From contig JAAOMT010000607.1 in assembly GCA_016748015.1 (NCBI GenBank), positions 744,001-808,000 of the forward strand: a stretch of DNA of 64,000 bases. The letters are read 5' to 3'. A model generated the notes under the pieces. It searched no databases. It was not told the DNA's origin and worked only from the letters and a program-made list of their open reading frames with translations. Of this stretch, positions 1-12,526 are shown in pieces. The position numbers and the translations under genes are program-made. The DNA comes from Geosiphon pyriformis uo1 (taxonomy: Eukaryota; Fungi; Glomeromycota). Each line of letters opens with the position of its first letter. Within the stretch, counting starts at the first letter, position 1.

Positions 1-458
1 TAAAATAACAAAAATTTTTATTATTATTAATTATTTAACTATAATAAAAATTAAGAGTATTAAAACTTTTAAAACAAGCTTTAAAAAAAAACTTATTATT
101 TATTTTTATAATATTTAAAAAAATATTAAAGTTTAACAAAAATTTTAACAGTATTTTAATAAATAAAACAATATATATTCTTTAATTTATAAATATTTTT
201 AAAAAAAAAACTAGATTAAAACAATAAATTTTATACCAAAAATTATTTAAAAGCAAATACATAATAAATTTAGAATAACAGCTAAAATAACAAATACTTA
301 TTATAAAATTAAAGCAGTTTTTAGATTTTATAACATATTTTATATTTGTAAAAACATTTTACAAAATTTAATATATTAAAAAGCTTAAAAAACTAAAATT
401 TTAACAAATTTTAAACCAAATTGCTTTAATAATTTTAGATTATTATTTAAAAATTACA

Positions 459-497
<39 letters not shown>
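459..497. repeat. (AAT)n microsatellite in AT-rich intergenic DNA
   Basis: About 13 perfect AAT units read directly from the sequence. Confidence 0.9.
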
Positions 498-498
<1 letters not shown>

Positions 499-1464
499 GA
501 AGTTTATTTTTTTTAATTTTTAATATTTTTTATTAATTAATTTTATATTTAATTAATAATTTTTTTTTATAAAAGTTTTAATTATAAACAATTAAACATT
601 GGAAAAAAAAAAGAAAAAAAAACATTAATAATTTATTTAACAAAAATAAAATAAAATAAAACCAAATAATTTTTTATATATCTTATTCAATTTTTTTAAA
701 TAATAAATAATTTATTAATATATTTGATTTTTTATTTTATTATTTAAAATAAAATAAAATCAAATAACCAATAACAAATAATTAAAAAGAATTATTATAA
801 TTAAAATTATTAAATTGTATTAGATAAATTTCCAAAAAAAATCATATGTATAATTAGAAAACAATATTTTTTTAAGAAAAATAATAATATTATAATAATT
901 AATAATTATAATAATTCTATGTTTTAGAAATAATAACTCAGTAAATAATTACAAAATAAAATGTTTTATCAAAAAAGTGGTTTTTAGCTGTTTATTTTTT
1001 CATATAAGTTAATTTTAAATTTATTATTCATTTAAATTCTGCTTTTTACACAAAATAAAATGAAACAAAATTTTATTACGCTAAATGTCCGTTTTTCAAA
1101 ATACATGCAAGATTATTATTATTAAATTAATGTTGTAATTCATCTGTCTATAAAAGGCTTGATTTTCTTAAAAAATAATTTTCAAAAATTTCAATAAAAT
1201 TACACAATAATAAATATAAACAAATTATTAATCAAAAAAAGTTAATTATAAATTTGCTATATTATTAAAATTATTAATTCGTACTTATAAAATGTATATA
1301 AACAAAAACACAAAGATTTCTTTAATATAATAATTAATAATTTTATTATTGATTTTCAAATTCACACTTATTATGTGTATACTTAATTTTCAGAAAAATA
1401 AGTCATAGTAATTTAAACATTGGATTGGTTCGGAAATATGATTAATTTTTATTGAAAGTGAAAA

Positions 1465-2853
1465 TTATTTATTTCTTGATTTAACATACGCTTTTGCTCT
1501 TTCTTTAACTTTTTCTATTTGGTCACTTGACCCACATTCTTCCTCAAACTTTAACCATTTATTAAAAAGAAATTGCATCACCTTTGAAGAATAACTTGTG
1601 ATACTAGTGACCCGTTCAAATAAAGATCTTGTTGAAAAGAAAGGAGATATTGTAGTTATGATAAAGACAATTTTTTAACCATTTCATCTTTGAAATTTGG
1701 CCAATAACTTACCGAACATTATCTAGTTGATCTGCTTTCCGTTCCATATCAATCCAAACTGACCAAATATCGGAGCGTTTCCGATTATCTTTTACCAGTC
1801 GTTCAAAAATTGTACGACCTCGTTCCGGATCACCATGTTTAAATTCCATGGTAGCAAATTGTGTTGCAATTTGAATTTCTTTTTTGGAAGAATAATATGG
1901 GAGGAATTGTAAAAAGATGATGTGGGAGAGAATTAATATGAAAATGAACATATTTATTTGAATCGAGGGTACAATTTGATTCGGAAATGTTGAAAATGAT
2001 AAGGAAATGATTACTTACGATCTCGTTTGTCAAACCTTTTCAAACAAGTCTTGAGAAGCTCACGGGCAACTTCAATTTTTCCCTGTTTATAAAGAAACAA
2101 ACCAAATTTCGTACAAGCTTCAACATCTTGTGGAAATTTCTTCAACATATTTCTAAAAGTTTCTTGGGCTGCCTAAGAACAAGTTGAAATCAATTTCCAA
2201 CAGAAAATTAGGTTAATTCTTAAAAATATACAATCAAGTTGTCAAGATTATACATGACTAACCTCGAATTTATTATGAGCCTCATAATCGTCAGCCAAAG
2301 CGAAATACAACGGTTTTTCATCACACATTTGTAAAGCTTGTGAGAAAACATTTTTTACATCCTCGTCATTACCAAACCTTACTTCTAAATTAATTAAAGC
2401 TTTATGAACATTCATACGTTCCTTCTCCTCTAATTGACTAATAATCTTCAGGGCACGAGCACCAACTTCACGTGATTTTTGTATTTCACCCATGCCAATT
2501 TGATGAGACATATATTGAACCCAAAGTATGGAAGAATTGGGTGAACCAAGCAAAAGACGTTCAAAGTCTTGATTTGTTTCCGGTTTTCTATGATCTAGGT
2601 CTCCCGTTTCGTCATTTATAAAAATTTTATTTTTTGCTTTTTTGCTTTTCTTATTCAATTGTTCAGGATGTGCCGGGGAAAGAGAGACATCTTTTCGTTT
2701 TTCTCCAGTGACATTATTGTTTCCCGCACTGTCTATGTCAACGTTATCACTTTTAATATCCTTAAAATCTTTTAAATTTCTCCATACCCAATTTCGTTTG
2801 CCACTAGTAAGACATGTTAATGGTTCTCCTTTTAAAGAAGATTTTAAAGACAT
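1465..2853 (-). CDS. RRP5: Rrp5-like rRNA biogenesis protein, C-terminal HAT/TPR domain only (357 aa, 4 exons: 2853-2263, 2172-2019, 1878-1713, 1627-1465)
   Basis: Three GT-AG introns join into one 1074-nt frame ending in TAA. Rrp5 C-terminal motifs: DFERLLLGSPNSSILWVQYM, ARALKII...EEKERMNV..ALINLE, FATMEFKHGDPERGRTIFE, RSDIWSVWIDME, FLFNKWLKFEE...VKERAKAYV. No S1-domain coding sequence is seen upstream, so the 5' end is less certain. Confidence 0.85.
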
Positions 2854-3234
2854 TAATTAGTTTGTTATAGTTGTTATAGGGGTAAAATTAATTAGGGAAA
2901 GTATATTAAATTTTGATCGACATAAAAAATGGTAATGTTAAAAAAAATTTCCATCAAAAAATGGTGAGATTTTTTTTTTTTCAAACAAAGGTATGCAACT
3001 TTAACAATAACGCTTTGCAGGAGATTAAATTATTATTTAAAATTTTAATTCTATTGGATAGGTTTCAATAATCAATTACAAATAAAGGATTAAAGATTTT
3101 CTTATGATATTTAAAATTATACCCTTTTATCCTATCATCCTATAGGAGATTTTTTTTTTTATCTTTTTAACGAAGTTGGGGCTGTTTCAATTTAATTTTC
3201 ACCAACTTAATTTCAAAGAGACATTTTAATTATA

Positions 3235-3272
<38 letters not shown>
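3235..3272. repeat. (ATT)n microsatellite
   Basis: Perfect ATT run in the region between the divergently transcribed RRP5-like and RGS genes. Confidence 0.85.
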
Positions 3273-3273
<1 letters not shown>

Positions 3274-3680
3274 TCACTCTTTTTTTTATTATCTAAATAA
3301 AACCCTTAACTGTAACACAAAATTGGGTAATTATGCAAATAATCACAAGGGTGACGAACAAAGTTTGAAAACTATTAAAGAACTCATGATAAAGAAAACA
3401 TGACACCAAAAAATGGAACAAGTGAAAACAACAAAAGGACCCTTTGTTTCATATTTATTTGATCACTGTCACAGTTTTTTTGGCTGTGCAAATAGTTTAA
3501 AAAATAAATTACACTTTGTTTTTTTTATAATAATATTATATTATATTATATTATATTGAAAAAAAACAAAAAAAACAAAGAGATGATAATTGATAATTCA
3601 TAATTGATAATTGGAAGAGGAAAAGGAAAAAAAAGAACCTGTGCATTTATAAATGTAGATGTCAAGTACAGGACAGTGGC

Positions 3681-3719
3681 GGGGGGGGGGGGGGGGAAAN
3701 NNNNNNNNNNNNNNNNNNN

Positions 3720-3748
<29 letters not shown>
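3681..3748. other. Assembly gap (20 N, 3700-3719) flanked by poly-G tracts
   Basis: N run with G homopolymers on both sides. Confidence 0.95.
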
Positions 3749-3750
<2 letters not shown>

Positions 3751-4238
3751 ATAACCGAATGGGAACTGAAAATATATATATACAGTTTTTCAAATAAATT
3801 TATATTAACATATTTTTTTTTAATTTTATATATATATTTATTTTTTGATTATTGACCATATTTTTTTACCCCGTATTCGTTTTAGGTTTTGTTATATACA
3901 TGTAAAACTTTTACCATGATTGTCATGATTGTCGTAAAGGTAGTGAGATATATGGACTGTGACAATTATTATAATTATTATTATTAAAAGACTTTTGTAT
4001 ATAGGCAGTCATTAAAAACTTTTTGGTTGTGGAATGTCGGAATTTATTTATTTTTTGAAATAAAAAAATTACTAGTATAGTGGAAGTTTCTCGGATAAAA
4101 AAAGTAAGGAAAATAATTCAACTTCTCTTACCTTTCTATTTCTATCTCCTCTTTCCTACCTTTAAAAAAAAAACCCCTACCCCCCACACTCCCCAAAATC
4201 ACAATCATAACCATAATCATAATCACTAGTGACCCAAA

Positions 4239-6246
4239 ATGTCTCGTCACTCTTCTGGCTCTCACAATCACCGTTCACCCTTCTCTTCAAAACGTCGCTC
4301 TTCAATAATCTCCGAAATAACTTCTACCCATTTATCCGTTTCAACTTTAACTTTATCAACAAGTAGTGAAGAAGACTTAACAAAAGCTTTATTGGGTCCT
4401 AAAAAAAACGGTTCATCAATCATATCAAAACGTCGTGGATCAGCTGTATCGATTGATTCAATACAATCAAATTCAAGACGAAATTCAATAGTTTTAATTG
4501 AAGATTTAATGACTATTGGTGGAAATAATTGTTCACAAAATTATGTAAATACTTCATCGATTATGATGAGTTCTAATACACAACCTACCTTAATTGTTGC
4601 TTGCACAGCTACCACTACTATTCCTCCTCCTCCTCCTCCTCCTCCTCCTATTAACAATAGCAATAATAATAACAAAAACAACAACAACAACAGCAACAAC
4701 AATAATAATAATCATAATAATATTAATAATATTAATAGTAGTAATTCAATATTAGAAGATGATTTTTGTTTAGGAAAAATTTCCTTGGATTCAATAGACA
4801 CTCAAGATTTTATTTCAATGACTCGTAATGGATTATTACTTTTCCCTTCATTTCCAAAACCTCCTAAAGATTCTTCAAATGATATCTATGATCATCCTGA
4901 GAGCGATACAGATACATATCCTTCAACTCATAATCGAACTTCTAGAAAATCTTCAGTTGATCATACCATTCATCATTCAAGGTCGTTTTCCGATTCTTCA
5001 ACCATTTCACCAATCCCTTTTTTTAATTCTGGTCGTCCATTAGTCCCATCAGCAAATTATGATAATCACTATCAGTATAAACAAAGGAATCGTCAAACCT
5101 CGAAAAAATTGACAAACTTTTTCGGTGACAAACCTCCCATGGATATTTGTGTACGAGAGATTGAGAAGGAAGGATTAAAGGCAATGTTACATTCAAAGGT
5201 TCCTTTATGCTATTTCTTATATTCATTGTTGGAAGAGTATTCATCTGAGAATTTGGTAAGTTCAAGAGGGATATTTTGTTTGTATTTGATTTTGATTTAT
5301 TATAAATTCATCCAAATCTCATCTTAAAAATAAATGTTCTCATTTACTAAACATCCAATCCTCTATTTATTTATTTATTTATTTTTAGTTTTTCTTTTTG
5401 GAAGTTGAGCAATACGAATCGTACGATTACATGAACTCATCGCAACAATTCGCAACAGCATCTCATATATTTGACACTTACCTCACCCATAACTCTCAGT
5501 TCGAGGTCAACGTGGATGACAAAGTTCGAAAATCGGTTATAGCAGCTTTAAAAAGTCCTCGAGAACCACGTCGATGTTTCGATGATGCAAAACGTGCAAT
5601 ATTCTTATTATTAGAAGTTAGTTTTGCCCGGTTTATTCGTGGTCCAATGGCTGAACAAATGAAACGTGAAATCGGTGAAATCACTACACAGTACTCACCA
5701 AAAGCACGTGACGCGGCTGTAAGACTCTTGTTGAAATTTTTAGAACGTCAAGCGTCAAATTTTAAAGAATTGTCTCCGAATCAACACGGCAGGTCAAAGA
5801 GTAAAAATTTGATTAATATTGCTGGAATTGCTTCCGCAAATTTTATATCTTCCAACAACAACAACAACAACACAAAAAATCCTACTTCGCCAACTTCACT
5901 AATATCTCGAAAAAGATATGAACTTGTGAGGACAATGATTTCGGAATTCGTGCGTACATTGTTGAATCTGGATTTGGAACGACATCAATACGATTCTTTT
6001 AGAAATCGTAGTTGGGAGCCTGCTAGTGATTCATGGAGTGGTGATGACAGTAATGGGAGTAGTACCAACAATAACGAATATGAATCTTGGGATTGTATTG
6101 GTGGTGGTGGTGGTGGTGTTGCTGGTGCTGGTGGTGATATCTCATTCCCTACGGATCAAATGCATGATGGAAAATCGACGAGAGTAAACACTAACAAAAA
6201 AAGGTTCAGGAAGTATTCAATCAAGAATGGAATAAAGATTGTATAG
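4239..6246 (+). CDS. RGS (regulator of G-protein signalling) domain protein, about 624 aa, 2 exons (4239-5255, 5389-6246)
   Basis: A GTAAG...TTTTAG intron splits the RGS motif: LKAMLHSKVPLCYFLYSLLEEYSSENL|FFFLEVEQYE...ASHIFDTYLTHNSQFEVNVDDKVR...CFDDAKRAIFLLLEVSFARF. The N-terminus is Ser/Pro/Asn-rich and low-complexity. Confidence 0.85.
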
Positions 6247-8312
6247 TTTGAGTAAAAAGGATCGGGGTCGGGGAACAGTAGGAAAAAGGACCTTTTTTTT
6301 TCTTTGTGACTGGAGATTAAAGGTACGAAGACAATGATAGGAATTGGAAGATGAAATTTTTTTCCCAATTTTATAAACCAAATAATTTAGAATAGATATG
6401 TAAAAAACAAAAAGTCTCGATTTCCCAGGCAGCCATTTTTTTTACTTTTTCTTTTTTTCGCGGTGGGTTCGAGCCTTTTTTTCTTCAATTTTTTGTGAAC
6501 ATTTGCTTTATCAAAATTTATTTTAGAATCAGCTACATGTGATATTGGTTTGTTAAATTAAAATAAAAGTTACCTTTGTACAGCAATCAACCATGATCAG
6601 CCCATTAAAAAAAAAACAATTAAACCAATCGGGTCTTAAATTGCATTCAACCATTTCATTTCAAAGTTCAAATTTTTGTAATATAAAATTACCAATTAAC
6701 ATTAACATAGACAAAATAAATCTTGAATTACAAACATAATTATAAAGTGTTACAATAATAATAATATTAAATATGATCAAAAATGTTATTTTGCTTTATT
6801 ATACAATATAACACAAGTAATATAACAAATTTAAAAGTATAAATTTTAATATTTTTTTACAATTCATTTTTGTTAATTAAAAATTTTTATAAAAATTGAT
6901 ATAATTATTATTATTTAAATTTTGTTATTTAAATAATATATTATTACAAATTACAATATTAAATTTTTAAAATTAAATTTGTTTTGATTTTTTTAATTTA
7001 TTTTTATTTTGTAATAAATATTATAATATGATAAAAATTATTTTAAAATAATATAATTCATTCTTTATTTACATATAACCAGTTATATAATTGATTTTTT
7101 ACATTTTTATAATTAATTTTATTATATTTTTAATATTTATATTGTTTTAAAATAATATTATAAATTAAAAAATTTTATTTATATTAATAAATATGCGGTT
7201 GGGCTTCACTCGTTAAATTAAATGAAAAATAAATAAATAAATATAGTTTATTAAAATATAATAAAAATTATATTAAAATAATTATAACTTATATATTTTT
7301 TATATATAATTAATTATCTGAATTTATTAAAATTATATTATATATATTATTATAATTTAATTAGATAACAGTTGGATTTTACTTGTAAAATGATAAAAAA
7401 AAATAATTTAATTAAATAATAAACTAATAAATAACAAAAAAATAATAATTAAAAAATGATTTAATTTAAAAAAATAATTTAATATATATATAATTTAATT
7501 TTAAAATTAAAAACCTAATTTTTTTAAAAAAATAAAAAATAAAAAATAAAATAAAATAGGTTATAATTATTTTATGTTTTATTTAACAATTTTTAAATAG
7601 TTTTTTAAGTTAAATTTTAAGAATAAAAATTAAGAAAAAATATATATATATATATATATATATTAAAAGCCAATAAATAAATATATTTAAAAAAAAATTT
7701 TTATTATATAATTTAAAAAAATTAAAATAAAATAAAATAAATACAAAGTAAATTGAAAATTTTTAATAAATTTATTTGTTAATACAGTAAAAAACATAAA
7801 AAATTTTTTTTTTAAAAGAGTTTAATAATATTGGTATTATTATAAAAAATATTAATTTTATTTGCTTAATCTAAATGTTAAGTTTATTTTTATTCTTTAA
7901 GACTAAAGATTTTAATTTATATTATTTGTAAAATAGGTAGTATGAAGTTGTTTTCTCTTTATTTAATAGTTTAATATAAGTCCAGATGACTGGTTATGTG
8001 TAACCTGCGTTTATTGTATAATGTTTGAGTTTTTATGTTTGTAGATAGCACTTTGTTAATATTTTTAATGAAAAATAATTAAATTCAACAAATTTAACAA
8101 TAAATTTTACATTAATATTTATTTTAATCATTATCAGATTTTTTGATAATCTGCTTATTTATTCGCGTGGTAAAGTTAGTTGATTACGCGGCCTCCCTTT
8201 TAATAATATAATAAACACTCCCTTTAACTTTAAATTATTTTAAATTATCAAGATAAATTCTGTTCTATCTACTTTAAGTTCTACATTTACAAAGCCCTTC
8301 AAAGTAAAAACC

Positions 8313-9693
8313 ATGGCCGAAGTTGCAGAACAAACGCACAAGAAGTCAAAGTGGCTACCGTTGGAGTCTAATCCTGAGGTACTGCAAAAGAAAGTGGGAT
8401 GAAGAAAGGCTATTTGCCCATTTACTTAAAAAGAAAAAAACATTGTGGTTTCTTCTGAAAATCTGTGTCGTGGTTCAGTGTTATTTTTGTATTCAGCAGA
8501 TACTCCCAGGATACTTATGAGTTTGACTTTTCCTTTTTATATTGGCTCTTCCTGTGGGTTGCTTGAATCTGACTGATATTTTTTGAGAAAAGGTTATGAA
8601 CAAGGTAAAGAATTTCAGTCATTAAAGTCTTTCAATTAAACTTTTACCTACCCTTGTAAAAGTTAAGTTTCTGAAATTTACCAAATGATTTTTATCACTT
8701 ATCCGCCGCTTTACCCTTCCATATGAAACAATAAAAAAGTATGTCCATAAACTAGGGGTATCAACAAAATGGGCGTTTACCGATGTCTGGGGTACCGTAA
8801 TTTCAATTTAATGTTTCGAAAAATAAAAATATGCCTTTGATTTAACTTTTCCTCATGATATAGTTAACTTGATAATCAAGCATTCTTAATTTTAAATAGC
8901 ACTGGAGTCAGAATTCCTTAATATGATTCCTCACCCAGTCCTTGCAGTCCTACTCTTATACCCAATCACAGCCAATAACGAAAATATTCGTCAAGAACAA
9001 GAAGCACTCTTGGTATCGGCTCAAGAGGCTGGTGCTGGGCAAATTGTTTCCGACAATGTTATTTTTTACAAACAGACTATACCGAACGCTTGTGGGACGA
9101 TTTCGTTGTTACATTCTCTGGCAAATAATCTTGATAAGATTGAGATTGGTGAGATATTACTAAATTTAGTTTTATTCACCAATATTTCAAATTCTGATCA
9201 TTATTTCAATTTTAGATGAGGGTCCAATTAAACGATTAATCGATAGAACTCGTTCATCGAGCCCTGAGGAACGTGCTAAAGTTCTTGAAGGAGATGAAGA
9301 GTTGGCTCAAGCTCACAGAATCTCGGCTGAAGCTGGGCAAAGCAGAGTACGTCTATAATCTAATATTCTTTGATTCATCTCTTTCTAATCCAACAAATTG
9401 ACCTTTTTAGCCATATGAGGATACCAACTTGCATTTCACATGTTTCGTCCAGAAAGATGGACACTTGTATGAACTGGATGGTAGAAAACCATTTCCTATT
9501 AATCATGGGCCTTCTTCAAATTTACTGGAGGTATAGTGAAGATTTTGATTCTTTATTTTCATTAATAATCTCCTCACTAAATAACATCATTGTTTATAAC
9601 AAGGATTCTGCACGAGTTATTAAGGAATTTATGAATCAAAATTCAGGTGAAAGCCAGTTTACTGTAATCGCTTTGGGGCCGAATCAACAATAA
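8313..9693 (+). CDS. YUH1: Ubiquitin C-terminal hydrolase, peptidase C12 (UCH-L3/Yuh1 family), 239 aa, 7 exons (8313-8378, 8593-8604, 8740-8791, 8900-9148, 9216-9346, 9411-9530, 9604-9693)
   Basis: Motifs [24 protein letters not shown], catalytic [16 protein letters not shown] and [12 protein letters not shown] junctions give one 720-nt open frame. Confidence 0.9.
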
Positions 9694-10059
9694 TTGCCCT
9701 TGTTTGAAAGTACGGTTTTTGGGATTAATGTTATGATTATTTTGAAAGACTACACTAAGTGTCATAAGCAGTTGGATGCTCAAGGAATTAAGAATATTGT
9801 GTACTACTCGTTAATCTAGCGAGTTACCGTATATACCTATTGGAGTAATAGAAAAAAGTAATTGTTTTGATTTAGCTATCAAATGGATAATATTTTAGGT
9901 AAAAGACTGATATACATCATTTGTCAGGGTTAAAAAGCTCGATATATGTACGCTCATTCATTAAATGCTAGTTGCAGCAAAAAACGTCAGAACTTTAAAT
10001 ATTTAAACATCATTTAAATAGTATATTACATCATTATTTAAAGAGTGTTAAACTCTGAT

Positions 10060-10720
10060 TGGCTTACCTCAGTAGTCAGGATCAACAAGAACGGGACAGA
10101 ACTGAGAAAAAAAATATTGCAATATTATGAAAAAGTTAGAATCTTTTACAAACATTATCAATATCTCGTCTGGTAAATAATTATACACAATATCAGAAGC
10201 CTTAACAATTACTCATTTCCATTCCATCCGCGTTATGAGGCACGTGTGGAATGAGTCATGTGAAGAAATTCAAATATTTTGTTCATCATTTAATTTTGTA
10301 TATAATATTCAGGTTGCCTCGGTGAGACAATTTTGTACCTCGTAATTAGCCCGAGGCTGCTTAGCCGGTTACATCGACACGTAGCTTGACTTCTGCCTTC
10401 CTTGCCATTAGAACCAAATAAAATTCGACTTTCATTTACAGAGATATTTTTGGCTGCATCTTTGTTTGATAAAGGTTTGGCCATATGCTCCTGATCGAAA
10501 AACTTCATGAACACTTTGGGAAAGCCATCCTTCGTCCAACGGAACTTTAAGATGAATAGGAGAGTGATTTAAGTCATCAAATACTATTCGTCCTTTGGGA
10601 TTCGTGGAGAAAGCTATCAAAATCTTAATCACTGCTGCGAAACATGGGACTTTTCCCATCAGGAAAATATCTTGCTGCGTCATATTCACATTGGTCGCCC
10701 CATGAGTTATCAGATACTTT
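10060..10720 (-). pseudogene. Possible gene relic of unknown family
   Basis: GC-richer, CpG-retaining block with splice-like signals and protein-like pieces (SDNSWGDQCEYDAARYFPDG, RWTKDGFPKVFMKFFDQEHMAKPL), but with stops and frameshifts and no recognised domain. Confidence 0.25.
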
Positions 10721-11277
10721 TAATGAATGGTGTAGCGTAAAATGGACTTAATGAAAAAGAGGAGGAAACGGAATGTGAATTTAGATGAGTCTGTTAAATA
10801 ACATTATCAAAAATAAAAATTGTCTGGAGAAAATAGTGTTCAAATGATTAATCACCGTCGATTCTCAAACTTTTCTGTGTCGTTTCAAATAAAATGAACT
10901 CTCAGTTCTTAGATCGGTGATATTAGATATTTCATGAAGCGTATTAGATGCCATAGGCATTTTTCAATTAGTTTCAATTATATGAAGGTCGAGTTTTAAG
11001 TTTTTTATTGCTTTATGGTTTTCTTTCTTTCACGCTCGCTGCTTTGTCGATTAAACTTTAAAAAAGGAAAAGAAAACCTCTTCAATTTCACTTCCTTATT
11101 GTTTAATACTAACCAGATAATAATAGTCTACAGACAGATTGAAGGTCTTAAGACCTCCTTTGTTACTTATTGAAGACAAGTATAATAGAAAGGGAAAAAT
11201 TTTTTTTTTCGAGATTGATATATATTATATATATTGGTACGATGTTCGGATCGAATCTAATCTCAATTGAATTAGAA

Positions 11278-12114
11278 TTAGGCTTCATAAAGACCATGGA
11301 CTTCTTTTATGATTCTGACAAAATCGTCAACACCATACCCATCCGGACATTCATACCAACCACCATCTCGAATACATCGTTGTTTACCATTTATAAAAAT
11401 GGTACAACTTTTGGTCACGTTTGCTGCTTGTGTGCGCTTCACACTTTCAATCAGTAGTAGAGGTCCAAGCGTAGAATCATTGGCACATGCTGCTATTGGC
11501 GTATAATCAAGACCAATATATTCGGCGCATTTCCGGGTATAATCATGAGTACCTTTTTGCGAAATATCACGATTTAGACAATATAGAAACTCGAGAAATC
11601 TACGTTGATATATTGGTGCAGGAAATACGTGTTGAGAACATAACTCTAAAATGTTCCCTGTAAAATTGTTTAGAGAAATGGGAGTGGGAGATTTGTGTCA
11701 AAGTTTCAGAATTGAGTTATAACCTGTCAAAATTCGCCTCATAGTGCTAAGAACAGTAAGTGAATAAAATTTGGCTGCCTAAAATACTTGACCAAAACAC
11801 TCTTGTTCTCCATGTTTGCAAATAACCCTTAAAGTAGAAGGATCCTGTTCTCGTTTATCTTCAGCAAAACGACCAATATAATCTATTTGAAGTTTCGTAA
11901 TATGATTAACTTTACGTAACACTTTTCTGAAAAGATCCTCACAAACTACCGCGTCTGGACATTGCGACATTGCATATAAAGTTATTGGCACGCGTTCATC
12001 ATTTTTTGAAGAAAAAGTGGTTGAAGACTGAAAACAGTCTAAAGACCAAGTCAAGAAGAAAGAAAGTGGGATGAAAAGTAGTATGAAAATTAAGAAGAGT
12101 CCGGTAGGTGACAT
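11278..12114 (-). CDS. GILT-family (gamma-interferon-inducible lysosomal thiol reductase-like) protein, 233 aa, 2 exons (12114-11793, 11657-11278)
   Basis: Hydrophobic N-terminal signal/anchor, RVPITLYAMSQCPDA active-site region, CKHGEQECFG|NILELC signature, and C-terminal KSCTIFINGKQRCIRDGGWYECP. One GT-AG intron, 702-nt frame. Confidence 0.9.
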
Positions 12115-12526
12115 TTTCGGATAGAAAAATTCGTCCAGCACTATTTAATATGAAGACTTTATTTCCATCCAAATTCCCCAGATATGGATGTTATCATAAT
12201 GTCGCCATATTTTCATCAATTAAGTCATTTTAAAAAGTTGCTGATCCACAAAATAATTGTATCAAAAGTTTTTATTTGGATTAAAATCTGAATTTTAAAA
12301 AAGGATGAATCTAGTTGTAACAACCTGTTACATGAAACAAACTCAAAAATAGCTTCAATTAAGATCGGAAATTTTATTAAATTTTAAAAAAATAAGATGT
12401 AATAATGATGTGTATTATTTATTTTTATTGAACAAATTAAAGTTGGATCATTAATTTCACTAGAAATAAATGCAATATTTAGTTATTGCAAAGTAAGAAA
12501 TAAACAAATAATTGACTAAATCTTAC

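Noticed and set aside
3604-3855. Poly-glycine ORF
   Set aside because: It is a translation of G homopolymers across an N gap, with no coding signal.
11170-11506. Short plus-strand ORFs here, and similar antisense or off-frame ORFs over the genes and TEs
   Set aside because: They are shadows of real coding sequence on the other strand or frame, with no independent motifs.
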